A stretch of 64,000 nt of DNA, from positions 448,001-512,000 of the forward strand of contig CBDCTJ010000001.1 in NCBI GenBank assembly GCA_965222115.1, read 5' to 3'. This DNA is from Planctomycetota bacterium (lineage in GTDB: Bacteria > Planctomycetota > PLA2 > JAEUHO01). The notes below the pieces were generated by a model. It was not told the origin of the DNA. It searched no databases and saw nothing but the letters and a program-made list of their open reading frames with translations. This document shows positions 29,341-39,177 of the stretch, piece after piece (position 1 is the first letter of the stretch; every line of letters begins with the position of its first letter). The position numbers and the translations under genes are program-made.

Positions 29341-30056
29341 GTGGCCCGGTACTTAATCGCGATTGATGCAACTTCGGGAGGCGCGTATCGGGAGCTTCCC
29401 AAGGCGCACCATGATTTCAACACCATTGTCAATCGGCTTACGAGCGATGCGGACGGTGAGGCGATGTATGCTCGCGCCCTCGAGAATGAGATCAAAGAAG
29501 TTCTTCATGAGAACGGAGATCCAGACGATGCGCCTCATGCGCTCACCAAAGCAATTCGCACGTGGAAGGGGCCTGCCGGCGTGCAACTGTCTAGCAAAGA
29601 CACTGTATGTCTCTTCTTTGAAGGACATGGAGTCATCGCGGGCAATCGCGACGTCTACCTAGTGCTGCCACGGTCGGTGAAGACACGCGGAAATTTGGAT
29701 ACGCATACGGCCCTTAGGACGCGCGAGCTACTGACGTCGATATTCGAGGGCGAGCACTGTCCCGGGGAGATCTTGATGATCCTGCAGTGCTGCAGCGCGG
29801 GGAGCGCCGCGAAGCAGGTCATTGAAGGAATCTTCGCGGATGGGTTTGTAGATGCTCTGCCGCTGCGACGAGTTGACGTGATCGCTGCAACGATGGAATC
29901 GGTTGGCAAAGCCGAGCATCATGCCGGAACGTTCGGAGAACACTTCACCGCAGCGCTTGACGATTCCTCCCTTGCCACCGCAGATACTGAGTTCATCTCG
30001 CCTGCCGAGCTTTGCGGTCGTATGGAGCAACTTGGTGCGAAGGGATGTACGCCGTC
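29341..30056 (+). pseudogene. Caspase/metacaspase-like (clan CD, C14) domain gene truncated by the IS
   Basis: AGGAG RBS with GTG; LFFEGHG and ILQCCSAG dyad motifs; frame runs into the IS end at 30057. Confidence 0.65.
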
Positions 30057-30090
30057 TGACCTGCCCCCGAAGAGTGTGCCACTTGGTAAC

Positions 30091-30924
30091 TCACGAATTT
30101 GAGGGTATGAGAGCCCCCGGAAAGGTCCAGGCTCGTGGCGCAGGCGGCTTGCCACCTAGCGAACTATGCGGACGGAAGTGATTGTACTCCAAGCGCCAGT
30201 TCTCAATCAAGACCTGGGCCTCGGTAAGCGTGTAATAGATCTCGCCGTTGAGATGCTCATCACGAAGTCTCCCATTGAATGACTCGTTGTAGCCGTTCTC
30301 CCAAGGACTACCCGGCTCGATGAATAACGTGGTCGCGCCTACGGCGCTGATCCACTTGCGTACCGCCTTGGCTGTAAATTCGCTTCCATTATCGGAGCGA
30401 ATGAAGCCTGGCACACCACGCTCCGTCATCAAGTCGGCAAGGCATTCCAGCACATCACTCGAACAAAGCCGCCTGGCGACACGAATCGCTAAGCACTCCC
30501 GTGTGTATTCATCGACTACCGTCAGCATGCGAATCGCACGGCCATCATGAGTTCGATCCATCACGAAATCGTAGCTCCAGACGTGGTTTCGACGCTTCGG
30601 ACGAAGTCGGATACACGAACCGTCTCCGAGCCACAGCCGCCCTCGCTTTCTTTGCTTCTGAGGCACTTTGAGGCCCTCCTGGCGCCAGATTCGCTCCACT
30701 CGTTTGTGATTGACCTTCCAGCCTTCGCGGCAAAGCAACTCGGTGATTCGCCGATAGCCATAGCGACCGAACTGAATCGCTAGCTCGATGATTCTCGCTC
30801 GAAGCCTCTTTTGATATGCCGAGTCCTTCGGTGGATTCTGCTGCGTCGATCTCGCCTGCCCAAGCACCTTGCAGGCTCGACGCTCTGAAACCCCCAACGT
30901 CTTCTGGATCTGTTTCACAGCCAT
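30091..30924 (-). CDS. IS3 transposase OrfB (rve/DDE), probably joined to OrfA by -1 frameshift
   Basis: WSYDF, VDEYTRECL, RSDNGSEF, PWENGYNESFNGRLRDE; G-GGA-AAC slippery heptamer at the end of orfA. Confidence 0.93.
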   Translation of the reverse strand: MAVKQIQKTLGVSERRACKVLGQARSTQQNPPKDSAYQKRLRARIIELAIQFGRYGYRRITELLCREGWKVNHKRVERIWRQEGLKVPQKQRKRGRLWLGDGSCIRLRPKRRNHVWSYDFVMDRTHDGRAIRMLTVVDEYTRECLAIRVARRLCSSDVLECLADLMTERGVPGFIRSDNGSEFTAKAVRKWISAVGATTLFIEPGSPWENGYNESFNGRLRDEHLNGEIYYTLTEAQVLIENWRLEYNHFRPHSSLGGKPPAPRAWTFPGALIPSNS

Positions 30925-30941
30925 TCGTCGACGATGAGGGC

Positions 30942-31220
30942 TTAGAAGTTTCCCCGTGCGGCTTCCTTCAAAATCGCGTTGTCTAGGTGGGATTCGGCCA
31001 GCAAGCGCTTGAGACGAGCGTTCTCGCGCTCCATCTCCTTCAGACGCTTGGCTTGATCCACCCGAAGGCCACCGTATTCCTTACGCCACCGGTAGTACGT
31101 GTTGGGTGTCACGCCCAGCTGCTTGCAGATCAACCCTACTTTCGTGCCTTTGGCCAGCTCGATCTCTGCCTGCCTCAGCATCCCAATGATCTGTTCCGTC
31201 GAGTACCGCTTCCTTGCCAT
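30942..31220 (-). CDS. IS3 transposase OrfA (HTH)
   Basis: MARKRYSTEQII...TYYRWRKEYGG...RLKEMERENARLK. Confidence 0.93.
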   Translation of the reverse strand: MARKRYSTEQIIGMLRQAEIELAKGTKVGLICKQLGVTPNTYYRWRKEYGGLRVDQAKRLKEMERENARLKRLLAESHLDNAILKEAARGNF

Positions 31221-31283
31221 CTGCTAACTCCTGATCGAAAAAGTGTATCCGACCAAGTGGCACGCTCTGAGGGGGGCAGGTCA

Positions 31284-31571
31284 GGACTGATGCTGATATT
31301 CATGTGCCACACGCGCATCCACGCTGTGTTGACGCTTATTAGCCTCGCGGCATCTATGGGATTCGTAGCCTTCCAACTCACATCCGATTCTGCTACACCT
31401 TGCGGTTGCCTCGGCGCTCTCTCACGAGATGCATCGAATGGCCCTCGCTTGGTCGTTGCGAGTTCGCTGATGCTGCTGTCCCTCGCAAGTAGACATGGTT
31501 GCGCCACCTACGCGGACAAGCACCAACACGCCGCTGTTTCCAAGCTAGAGCAAATCGTGGAAGGTAAGTGA
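31284..31571 (+). pseudogene. 3' fragment of a MauE/DoxX-like membrane protein
   Basis: Hydrophobic helices flanking PCGCLG; 5' end lost at the IS boundary. Confidence 0.55.
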
Positions 31572-31578
31572 CTCTAGT

Positions 31579-33285
31579 ATGCGTAAACGCCTGCACCTTG
31601 TATTCGTTCTGCTTGTAGCTACACTTGGGCTGCTTGCCCTCATGTGGCCTTCTTCCGGCAGATCGTTACCGGCGCCTCATGGTCGCTCAAGTGGTGTGCA
31701 GCCACGAACTCATCCCGAGTTGCTGGGCTATCCGACTCAGGTCGTTGCGAGCAAGGACGCGGATCTATCGGCGGTCGAAGACGCAACCAAACGCAAGGCG
31801 TCCACGTCGAGCGCAGAGAGTCTCAAGGCTGAGATCACTGTAATAGATGAAGCGTCGGGATTGCCCGTGGATGGAGCACGTGTCTTTCTCGCCCCTCATG
31901 CCTCCAGTCACTCGGTAACTGACATTGAGGGCATCGCGTCCATTGAGGTTGCTAGTAGTGGTCAGGCGCTGGGTGTTGTTGCCATAGGCTACTTGCCGGC
32001 GAAGAGCGAACTTGGCGCTGGTGAACAGCAACTCACTGTCCGTTTGAAGCGCGGTGAACAAGTATCTGGAATCGTCATTGACGACTTAGGAGAGCCAATC
32101 GAGGGAGTGCGAATTTGGTGCAGCCAAAGTCATCACACAGCCACATGGCCGCATCCTACGACGTATTTCGCGACGGACGTGAATGGAGGAATTGGCATCA
32201 GCCGATCCAACGGAGAGTTCACGGTTGACGGTCTAGCTGCCGACTACGATTATGAGATCGCGTGGTCGAAGCACATGTGGACACGTTCCATGAGGCGCCC
32301 CTATCCCGTAAGAGCGGGTGACGGGACGAGGGTTGTACTCAAGATGCGACCGATTGCGCGCGTGCTGTTTAATTTCGTCGACCGCCAAGACGGCCACGTA
32401 GTGACGACGCAATCTATCGAAACAACATGTGGGCCGGGCATCGGTGTAGGCGGATGGCCGGTTCCTTATGAACACAGCGAACCCCCACTTAACCTCATGG
32501 GCGAGGCAAGGGCGGCTGAACATTTCTATGTCAGAGATGGCACCAGTGACATTGATGACAACATGCAGGGCACGGTAACCGTCTTGGTAAAGGCCCTGGG
32601 CTACAGGGAGCGCAAGAAGAACGTAACGTTTAAGTTGGGCCAACGCCAGACGATTCGGATTCCGCTTGACAGAAAGTCGAATGTGGAACTTGGAAACGTA
32701 GCGTTCACAGTAACCCTTGGGAACCGACCGTATACAGGAAGATTGTCTACGTACTTCAGGGGCGCCTCAGGTTCAACCTCGTCAAGCTTCATGTTTCGAG
32801 AAGGAAAGCAGATCAACAAAGTTCGCATTCCATCGGGTCGATATGAGGTCTCAGTCAAGCCCGTCGGGCTGATCGGCGCCAGCTTGGAGCGCGAAGACGT
32901 CGGGGTCATCGACATCCAGACTGGCATGACCACGAATCAGTCGCTGAATATTCCATGCTGTTCAGCCACGCTTGATGTCCGAGACCGGGATGGCAAGCGA
33001 GTCTTGGGCTATGACGTTGGCGTTGCGATCAATGGTCGCGCAAAGGGGGGTGGCGAGATGTGGGATTTTCGCGCCCGAGCCTCTTCGGTCCCGGGGCTCA
33101 TTCGCAATGGACTCCCTGTACTGTACTTCCCAATGACGGGTGACGTTGTGCTTAGTGTCAACAAGTTCGGCGTGGGCAGTCACCTGGGCACGATTGCTCA
33201 CGATTCAAACACAATGCATGGAAACATGAAGGTGTTTCTAAACCAACCCGCCCGCGATACCCGACGTGCTGCGCGGCAGGAATAG
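31579..33285 (+). CDS. Membrane-anchored carboxypeptidase-regulatory-like domain protein
   Basis: N-terminal TM; VIDEASGLPVDGARV and VSGIVIDDLGEPIEGVRI. Confidence 0.75.
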   Translation: MRKRLHLVFVLLVATLGLLALMWPSSGRSLPAPHGRSSGVQPRTHPELLGYPTQVVASKDADLSAVEDATKRKASTSSAESLKAEITVIDEASGLPVDGARVFLAPHASSHSVTDIEGIASIEVASSGQALGVVAIGYLPAKSELGAGEQQLTVRLKRGEQVSGIVIDDLGEPIEGVRIWCSQSHHTATWPHPTTYFATDVNGGIGISRSNGEFTVDGLAADYDYEIAWSKHMWTRSMRRPYPVRAGDGTRVVLKMRPIARVLFNFVDRQDGHVVTTQSIETTCGPGIGVGGWPVPYEHSEPPLNLMGEARAAEHFYVRDGTSDIDDNMQGTVTVLVKALGYRERKKNVTFKLGQRQTIRIPLDRKSNVELGNVAFTVTLGNRPYTGRLSTYFRGASGSTSSSFMFREGKQINKVRIPSGRYEVSVKPVGLIGASLEREDVGVIDIQTGMTTNQSLNIPCCSATLDVRDRDGKRVLGYDVGVAINGRAKGGGEMWDFRARASSVPGLIRNGLPVLYFPMTGDVVLSVNKFGVGSHLGTIAHDSNTMHGNMKVFLNQPARDTRRAARQE

Positions 33286-33640
33286 CCCCCTATCTCGCCC
33301 GTCGTCAGACGGAATCTCGTTGAGTGCCACACCGCGCTCGATGGAGACTCGTGCAGCAAGAGTGCTCGCCTCACTTCGCCTGAATCACTCATGATGCGCC
33401 CCGTCCACACCAGGCGAAGAATCAGACAGGATAGTGCCTATGCACTCAGGAGAATCGAGCGGCGGGCGGGCGAATTCGCATCCAGACTGAGTGGTATCTA
33501 AAGCTCGGATTTTGACATGCGGCGAAGGACCACTATCGACCGGAGATCGGCAAGATGATTGCGGAGAAGCTACATTTACCGCCTACCTCGGGTGATTGGG
33601 GGACGAAACGACGCACATAAAGCAACCGATAGTCGCACGT

Positions 33641-33750
33641 CCCCGCCGCCCATACAGGGCGGGGCTTGAGATGGGTACGCAAACCCAGGGTTCCGCGCCG
33701 CTTCGCTCGCGCTACACCCTGGGCTACCATCCGTGGCCCCTGCGGGGCCG
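33641..33750. repeat. REP-like palindromic element
   Basis: Three hairpins: CGCCC..GGGCG, CCCAGGGT...ACCCTGGG, GGCCCC..GGGGCC. Confidence 0.55.
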
Positions 33751-34121
33751 TTGACATCGTTTTGGAGCGCGACCGGCGAAGACATGGACTCTCATTGTGA
33801 GTTCCTTTTGCAAGATCCGTCACGAGTCGATCGAATTGAAACACGTCTTGCGGATCCACACGTTTCGTACTCCGTCGCATACGCCTCTCTCATCGCCCCG
33901 CAACCAAAACCATCCGAGCCAAACGAACGCGTTCACCCGTCGGTTGCGCTTGGTGCCCCTGGTGTCCTTGGTGAGAGCCCTCTTCTTCCAAGACGCGTTC
34001 CGCAACTAGCGTTTCAACACCTCGCCAACAGCCCCCCACCCCCGCATGCGCCCTCTGCGCCCCCGCGTCCTCCGCGGCTCTGCGTGAGGTCAAACGCGCA
34101 CAATCACGACCACCCCCGGTA

Positions 34122-35951
34122 TCAACCATCAAAAAGTGTGGATTTTGCCCTGACACCGTATGGCGCTTGATTCCGTTCACCGGTTTGAACCCGCCAAAGC
34201 GCTTCATAGAGACCGCCCATCGCAATTAGCTCTTCGTGCGTGCCGGTTTCTTTGAGCCTGCCGCGGTCGAGAACGTAGATGCGGTCGGCGTTGCGGACGG
34301 TGCTCAAGCGATGGGCGATGACGATGGTGGTGCGACCAACAGCGACGCGGTCAAGCGAACGTTGAATGGCGGCTTCGGTTTCGTTGTCTACCGATGAGGT
34401 AGCTTCGTCGAGGATCAAAATGGGCGGGTCTTTGAGAATAGCGCGTGCAATCGAAAGGCGCTGGCGTTGGCCGCCCGAGAGCTTCTGTCCGCGCTCGCCC
34501 ACAATCGTGTCGAAGCCTTGCGGAAGTTCGTTGATGAATGCGGTGGATTCGGAGAGGTCGGCCGCGCGTTTGAGTTCCTCTTCGGAGGCGTCGAGGCGAC
34601 CGTAGGCGATGTTCTCGCGAACGGTGCCATGGAAGAGAAACACGTCTTGACTCACAAGGCCCATGGCTGCGCGCAAATCGCTCTTGCGCAGCGTACGCAC
34701 ATCGATTCCGTCAAGCGTTACGCGGCCCGACGTCGGGTCATAGAAACGGAGCAGAAGTTTGACGAGCGTCGTTTTGCCCGAGCCGGTGGGCCCAACCACC
34801 GCGATGGTTGCGCCCGCGGGCATGTCCATCGTCAGATCGCTAAGAATCGATTGTCCTTCGTTATAGCGAAACGTGACGTCGTCGAGTCGTAGCGCGCCAT
34901 CAACGTCTGCCTTGTTCATTTCGGACTTGCCGGGTTCGACCGTGGTCCTGCGATCCAACAAGTCGAGTACGCGCTCCGTGGACGCCATCGATCGTTGATA
35001 GAGATCAAACGTCTCACCCAAACGGGTCATGGGCCAAAGAAGCCGCTGCGTCAAGAACGCCAAGGTGCTAAACGTGGCGAGCTCCATGTGGCCGTGGATC
35101 GCCTGCCATCCGCCGTAAATCAATGTGGCGCCGAAACCCACGAGAATCGCCATACGAATCAACGGCGTAAACGCGCTACTCAAGCGAATCGCGCGGCGAT
35201 TGACTTCACGATATTGATTGCTAGCGGCGCGCAGGCGTTCCAACTCGTGGGGCTCGCGCGCAAAGGCCTTGATTGTGGCAACGCCTCCCAAGTTGTTGGC
35301 CAGCAGTGAGTTCACGGCCCCCACTTCTTCGCGCACATTCGCGTAGTGCGGCGCGATCTTCTTCTGAAACCAGAGGCTTCCCCATAGCACGAACGGAATC
35401 GGCAACATGGCCAACCACGCCACGCCGGGCGCCATGATGAAGAACACTGCCGTGATCACGGTCGTCGCTGTTGCCAACTGAATGAGCTCGTTGGCGCCCA
35501 CGTCGAGAAAGCGCTCCAGTTGATTGACGTCGTCGTTGAGGATCGACATCAGTGTTCCCGTGCTCTCGTCCTCAAAGAACGCCATGTCGAGATGCTGTAC
35601 ATTCTCGTAGGCGTCGATGCGTAACTCGTGCTGTACCGTTTGCGCGAGATTGCGCCAGAGCACCTTGCTCCAGTACTCAAAGAGCGACTCAAGAATCCAG
35701 GTAACGGCTGTTAGTGCGGCCAATACAAGAAACAGTCCCGTGGGCGACGTCAGGCCCAAGAAACTCAGTACACTGTCTTCGCGCCGGACCACAACGTCGA
35801 TCGCAACGCCAATCAGAAACGGCGGCGCGAGATCAAAGATCTTATTGAGAACCGAACAGAGCGTGGCCAGACGGATGGTCTTGCGATGCGAGTCGGCATA
35901 ACGCGCCAGTCGAATCAGCGGCGCGGACGATGCTCCGCTGTCTTGCGACAT
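34122..35951 (-). CDS. ABC exporter, fused permease/ATPase (MsbA/ATM1-like)
   Basis: TM domain; GPTGSGKTT, LSGGQRQR, ILDEATS, IAHRLST. Confidence 0.92.
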   Translation of the reverse strand: MSQDSGASSAPLIRLARYADSHRKTIRLATLCSVLNKIFDLAPPFLIGVAIDVVVRREDSVLSFLGLTSPTGLFLVLAALTAVTWILESLFEYWSKVLWRNLAQTVQHELRIDAYENVQHLDMAFFEDESTGTLMSILNDDVNQLERFLDVGANELIQLATATTVITAVFFIMAPGVAWLAMLPIPFVLWGSLWFQKKIAPHYANVREEVGAVNSLLANNLGGVATIKAFAREPHELERLRAASNQYREVNRRAIRLSSAFTPLIRMAILVGFGATLIYGGWQAIHGHMELATFSTLAFLTQRLLWPMTRLGETFDLYQRSMASTERVLDLLDRRTTVEPGKSEMNKADVDGALRLDDVTFRYNEGQSILSDLTMDMPAGATIAVVGPTGSGKTTLVKLLLRFYDPTSGRVTLDGIDVRTLRKSDLRAAMGLVSQDVFLFHGTVRENIAYGRLDASEEELKRAADLSESTAFINELPQGFDTIVGERGQKLSGGQRQRLSIARAILKDPPILILDEATSSVDNETEAAIQRSLDRVAVGRTTIVIAHRLSTVRNADRIYVLDRGRLKETGTHEELIAMGGLYEALWRVQTGERNQAPYGVRAKSTLFDG

Positions 35952-35953
35952 GC

Positions 35954-36310
35954 TCACTCGCCTTTTACGAACCACGCACGCTGAATGCGACCGTCCAAGA
36001 CTTCGTAGGTTGCTACGGCGTGAACCACTTTGCCCGCCTCCATGCCGGTCACGCGCTCCTCGTCGATGGCGATGGGGCCGCAGATCACGCGCGACGTGAG
36101 CTCCACATGCAGATTGGGACACTGTTCAAACAGCCGACCGTAGGCTTCCCGCAAGGCATCGATGCCATCAACAAACACTTCGCCGGTGCGCAATCGAATC
36201 AACTTGACGTCGTCGGCGTAACACGCCGCAAAGTCGTTGATGTCGCCGCGGTTGTAGGCGTCGAGTTGTTTGGCGGCCAGACGCCGGGCTTCGCTTTCGG
36301 TGGCTTTCAC
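35954..36310 (-). CDS. NTF2/SnoaL-like protein
   Basis: QLDAYNRGDINDFAACYADDV...IDEERV...YEVLDGRIQRAWF. Confidence 0.85.
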   Translation of the reverse strand: MKATESEARRLAAKQLDAYNRGDINDFAACYADDVKLIRLRTGEVFVDGIDALREAYGRLFEQCPNLHVELTSRVICGPIAIDEERVTGMEAGKVVHAVATYEVLDGRIQRAWFVKGE

Positions 36311-37251
36311 GACGCCTCTCCCGCGCCCGCAACGAGCTCGTCCCGAAACATACGTCCGGCGGGACTCACCAACTCTTCGGCGCGGGTCACAACATAGAAT
36401 GGACGCGCAATTTGTATGTCATCCACGTCGATGATGGCGAAGACACCGTGCTGCACGTCCTCACGCACCGACAAATGCGAGACCCACGAGAGGCCGAGTC
36501 CCGCACGAACCGCCGCTTTGGCAGCTTCTGTGCTACCTACGGTGCAAGATACGCGGCGCGGGAACGGCTGGGCCTTCACGTTGACGGCACCCAAGACAGC
36601 GGCTCGCGTTCCCGATCCACTTTCGCGCATGATGATCGGAAATCGCGAGACGTCGTTCAGCGATACCGACCCACAGCCGGCGAGAGCGTGATTGGCGGGT
36701 GCGATGAGGACCACCCGATCGCCGGCGATCTTGGTATGGGGAAGTCCTGCGTCCGCATCGTCCGATCCGACAACGCCTATGTCCACGGCGCCCGCGGACA
36801 CTGCCGATCGAATCGAATCGCTGTCACCGGTTTCCACATGCAAACCAACCTCAGGATGCCGCTCGTGAAAGTCGGCAAGGTGAAGTGGCAGGAGATAGAT
36901 TGCCGGGATCGACGAGGCTCCCACCGTCAAACGCCCCGTTAGCAGCCCGTTCAGTTGTGCCACGGCCATACGCGCGTTCTGTTCCGCGCGCAGCACGTCG
37001 CGCGCGTGTTGAATCAATACGTCGCCGGCCGCGGTCACGCGCACACCCGTTCGGTCTCGATCCACAAGGCGACTACCGAGTCGGCGCTCGAGATCGGCCA
37101 TGTGGCCACTGACGGTGGATTGGCTGAGGCCGAGGTGGCGCGCGGCACGGGTAAAGGAGCCCTGCTCCACGAGCGCGACAAAAACTTCGAGTTGGCGCAT
37201 CGACAATGGGTCGTCGCCCTGCGGCATCAGTCGGGGATCGTCGGCGTGCAT
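36307..37251 (-). CDS. LysR-family regulator, CysL/selenium-metabolism-associated type
   Basis: HTH QLEVF...SFTRAA...SQSTVS; GASSIPAIYLLP, GDS, MRESGSGTR, GSTEAAKAAV; start 37251 or 37200. Confidence 0.88.
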   Translation of the reverse strand: MHADDPRLMPQGDDPLSMRQLEVFVALVEQGSFTRAARHLGLSQSTVSGHMADLERRLGSRLVDRDRTGVRVTAAGDVLIQHARDVLRAEQNARMAVAQLNGLLTGRLTVGASSIPAIYLLPLHLADFHERHPEVGLHVETGDSDSIRSAVSAGAVDIGVVGSDDADAGLPHTKIAGDRVVLIAPANHALAGCGSVSLNDVSRFPIIMRESGSGTRAAVLGAVNVKAQPFPRRVSCTVGSTEAAKAAVRAGLGLSWVSHLSVREDVQHGVFAIIDVDDIQIARPFYVVTRAEELVSPAGRMFRDELVAGAGEAS

Positions 37252-37353
37252 CGTTGCTCTCTCGAAAGGGAAGGGGTGGCGCACCAGGAAACCCGACGGG
37301 CGTGCAACACATTGCGCATCTGGTGCGTCTGAGCTATACATCTCGCGGGCTAG

Positions 37354-37380
37354 CCGATGACAAGTATCGGCAAAACCGAT
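37354..37380. promoter_or_regulatory. Candidate LysR operator
   Basis: ATCGG-N5-CCGAT (T-N11-A) at 37366-37380, overlapping CCGAT-N7-ATCGG, between the divergent LysR and ABC genes. Confidence 0.6.
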
Positions 37381-37410
37381 AAAAAGTCAACCCAGCTTTG
37401 AGGATTCTCG

Positions 37411-38343
37411 ATGCGACAGACCCCCATTCGTTCCCGGTTTACCGGCCTTGCACTCCTGGCTGCCATATTCGTCTTCGCTGCGGGTTGCGGCAACGACAAA
37501 GGCGATCAGGGGGACAACGCGAAGAACAAGGGCGACGCGCCCGTATTCAAATTCAGCGCCATTCCATCCGAGAAGGACGCCACCGGCTACAAGGCCAAGT
37601 TCAAGGTTGTGGCCGACTACCTCACCAAAACGTTGGGCGTGCCCTTTGAGTATCACCACGCAACCACCTATAGCGCATCCGTCCGCGCCTTCGAACAGGG
37701 CGAAATTTTGCTCGCGTGGTTTGGCGGTCTTACAGGCGTGCAGGCGCGCCACCGCGTGCCGGGAGCGCGCGCAATCGCGCAGGGTGTTGAGGACCCCAAC
37801 TACTTTTCCTATTTCATTGCTAACAAGAGCACAGGCCTTGAGCCCACGGATACGTTTCCCGAGGGTATGAAGGGCATGTCGTTCACCTTCGGTGACCAAA
37901 ACTCAACGTCAGGGCGCTTGATGCCCGAGTACTTCATTCGCAAGTTCACCGGCGGAGCACCGAAGGACTACTTCAAGACAATCGCGTTTAGTGGCGGACA
38001 CAACACAACCGCCACGCAAGTCGCGAGCGGTCAAGTCCAGTGCGGCGCAATGAGCTACAAAACGTATGACAAGATGGTCAAGGCGGGTGAGATTGACCCC
38101 GATGTGTGCCGCTTGATCTGGAAGACCCCTCCCTACGCCGACTACAACTTCACGGCACACCCCAAGATCGACGAAATCTACGGGGCTGGCTTTACCGAGC
38201 GCCTCCAGAAAGCACTTCTGGACATGAAGGGCGACGATTTGCTTGAAAAGCCCTTCGGCCGCAGTGGCATGATCAAGGCAAAGAACTCCGACTTTAAGGC
38301 CATTGTGGATCAAGCAAAGGCGCTGAAGTTCCTCGGGGACTAG
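37411..38343 (+). CDS. PhnD-like ABC substrate-binding lipoprotein, putative selenate-binding subfamily
   Basis: Lipobox AAGC; FSAIP, WFGGLTGVQAR, AIAQG, STSGRLMPEYF, FSGGH, TPPYADY resemble the TIGR04553 family as recalled (not searched). Confidence 0.78.
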   Translation: MRQTPIRSRFTGLALLAAIFVFAAGCGNDKGDQGDNAKNKGDAPVFKFSAIPSEKDATGYKAKFKVVADYLTKTLGVPFEYHHATTYSASVRAFEQGEILLAWFGGLTGVQARHRVPGARAIAQGVEDPNYFSYFIANKSTGLEPTDTFPEGMKGMSFTFGDQNSTSGRLMPEYFIRKFTGGAPKDYFKTIAFSGGHNTTATQVASGQVQCGAMSYKTYDKMVKAGEIDPDVCRLIWKTPPYADYNFTAHPKIDEIYGAGFTERLQKALLDMKGDDLLEKPFGRSGMIKAKNSDFKAIVDQAKALKFLGD

Positions 38344-38367
38344 CCTCTCGGGAGACCACGAAAAGCT

Positions 38368-39177
38368 GTGAGGGACTTCCTCAATCTTGACCAAGTGGAA
38401 GTCGCCTTTCCCGGCGACATTGCGCTTCAAGGCATCGATCTGAATGTGGGCGCCTCGGAGCAGGTCGCGGTGGTGGGTGCCAGCGGTGCGGGCAAGAGCA
38501 CGCTGCTTAGCTTGATTCACGGCACGGTGCGCCCCACGGCAGGACACATCACCGTGTTCGGCAAGGACCTCCATTCGTTGTCCGGGCGCGAGTTGCGTGC
38601 ACTGCGAGCGACCCTTGGATTCGTTCATCAAGGGCTGCACCTGATTCCGAATCTACGCGTGATTCAAAACGTATTGATTGGGCGCATCGGGCGCATGTCA
38701 ACGTTGAGTGCGCTGCGGTCCTTTGTTTGGCCGCACAAACGCGATGTGCATCGAGCGCACGAGATCCTTGAGCGCGTGGGAATCGCAGAAAAACTCTACG
38801 AGCGCACCGATCGCCTGTCGGGTGGGCAGCGGCAGCGTGTCGCGATTGCGCGCGCATTGTTTCAACAACCCAAGGCATTGATCGCCGACGAACCCGTATC
38901 AAGTGTGGATCCCGCGCGCGCGCGCGACACCGTGTCGTTGCTTACGACGCTTGCGAGAGAGGAGGGCATTCCACTCATTGTGAGCCTTCACAACCAAGCG
39001 TTGGCCAAGGCCTTCTTTCCACGCCTTGTCGGTCTGAAAGACGGTCGCGTCATGTTCGACCGATCCACCGATACAGTATCCGACGACGATTTTCAAACGC
39101 TCTACGCGATGGCAACCGAGAACGATGCTGTTGACGCGCATGGCAGAGAAACCAAGTACTCGGATCGCGTGACGTAA
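38368..39177 (+). CDS. PhnC-like ABC ATP-binding protein
   Basis: GASGAGKST, LSGGQRQRVAIARA, ADEPVSSVDP, VSLH. Confidence 0.9.
   Translation: MRDFLNLDQVEVAFPGDIALQGIDLNVGASEQVAVVGASGAGKSTLLSLIHGTVRPTAGHITVFGKDLHSLSGRELRALRATLGFVHQGLHLIPNLRVIQNVLIGRIGRMSTLSALRSFVWPHKRDVHRAHEILERVGIAEKLYERTDRLSGGQRQRVAIARALFQQPKALIADEPVSSVDPARARDTVSLLTTLAREEGIPLIVSLHNQALAKAFFPRLVGLKDGRVMFDRSTDTVSDDDFQTLYAMATENDAVDAHGRETKYSDRVT

Larger units (their letters stand above)
30057..31283 (-). mobile_element. IS3-family insertion sequence (1227 bp)
   Basis: TIRs TGACCTGCCCCC...GTGCCACTTGGT at both ends (TG...CA); orfA/orfB arrangement; no target duplication visible. Confidence 0.93.
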
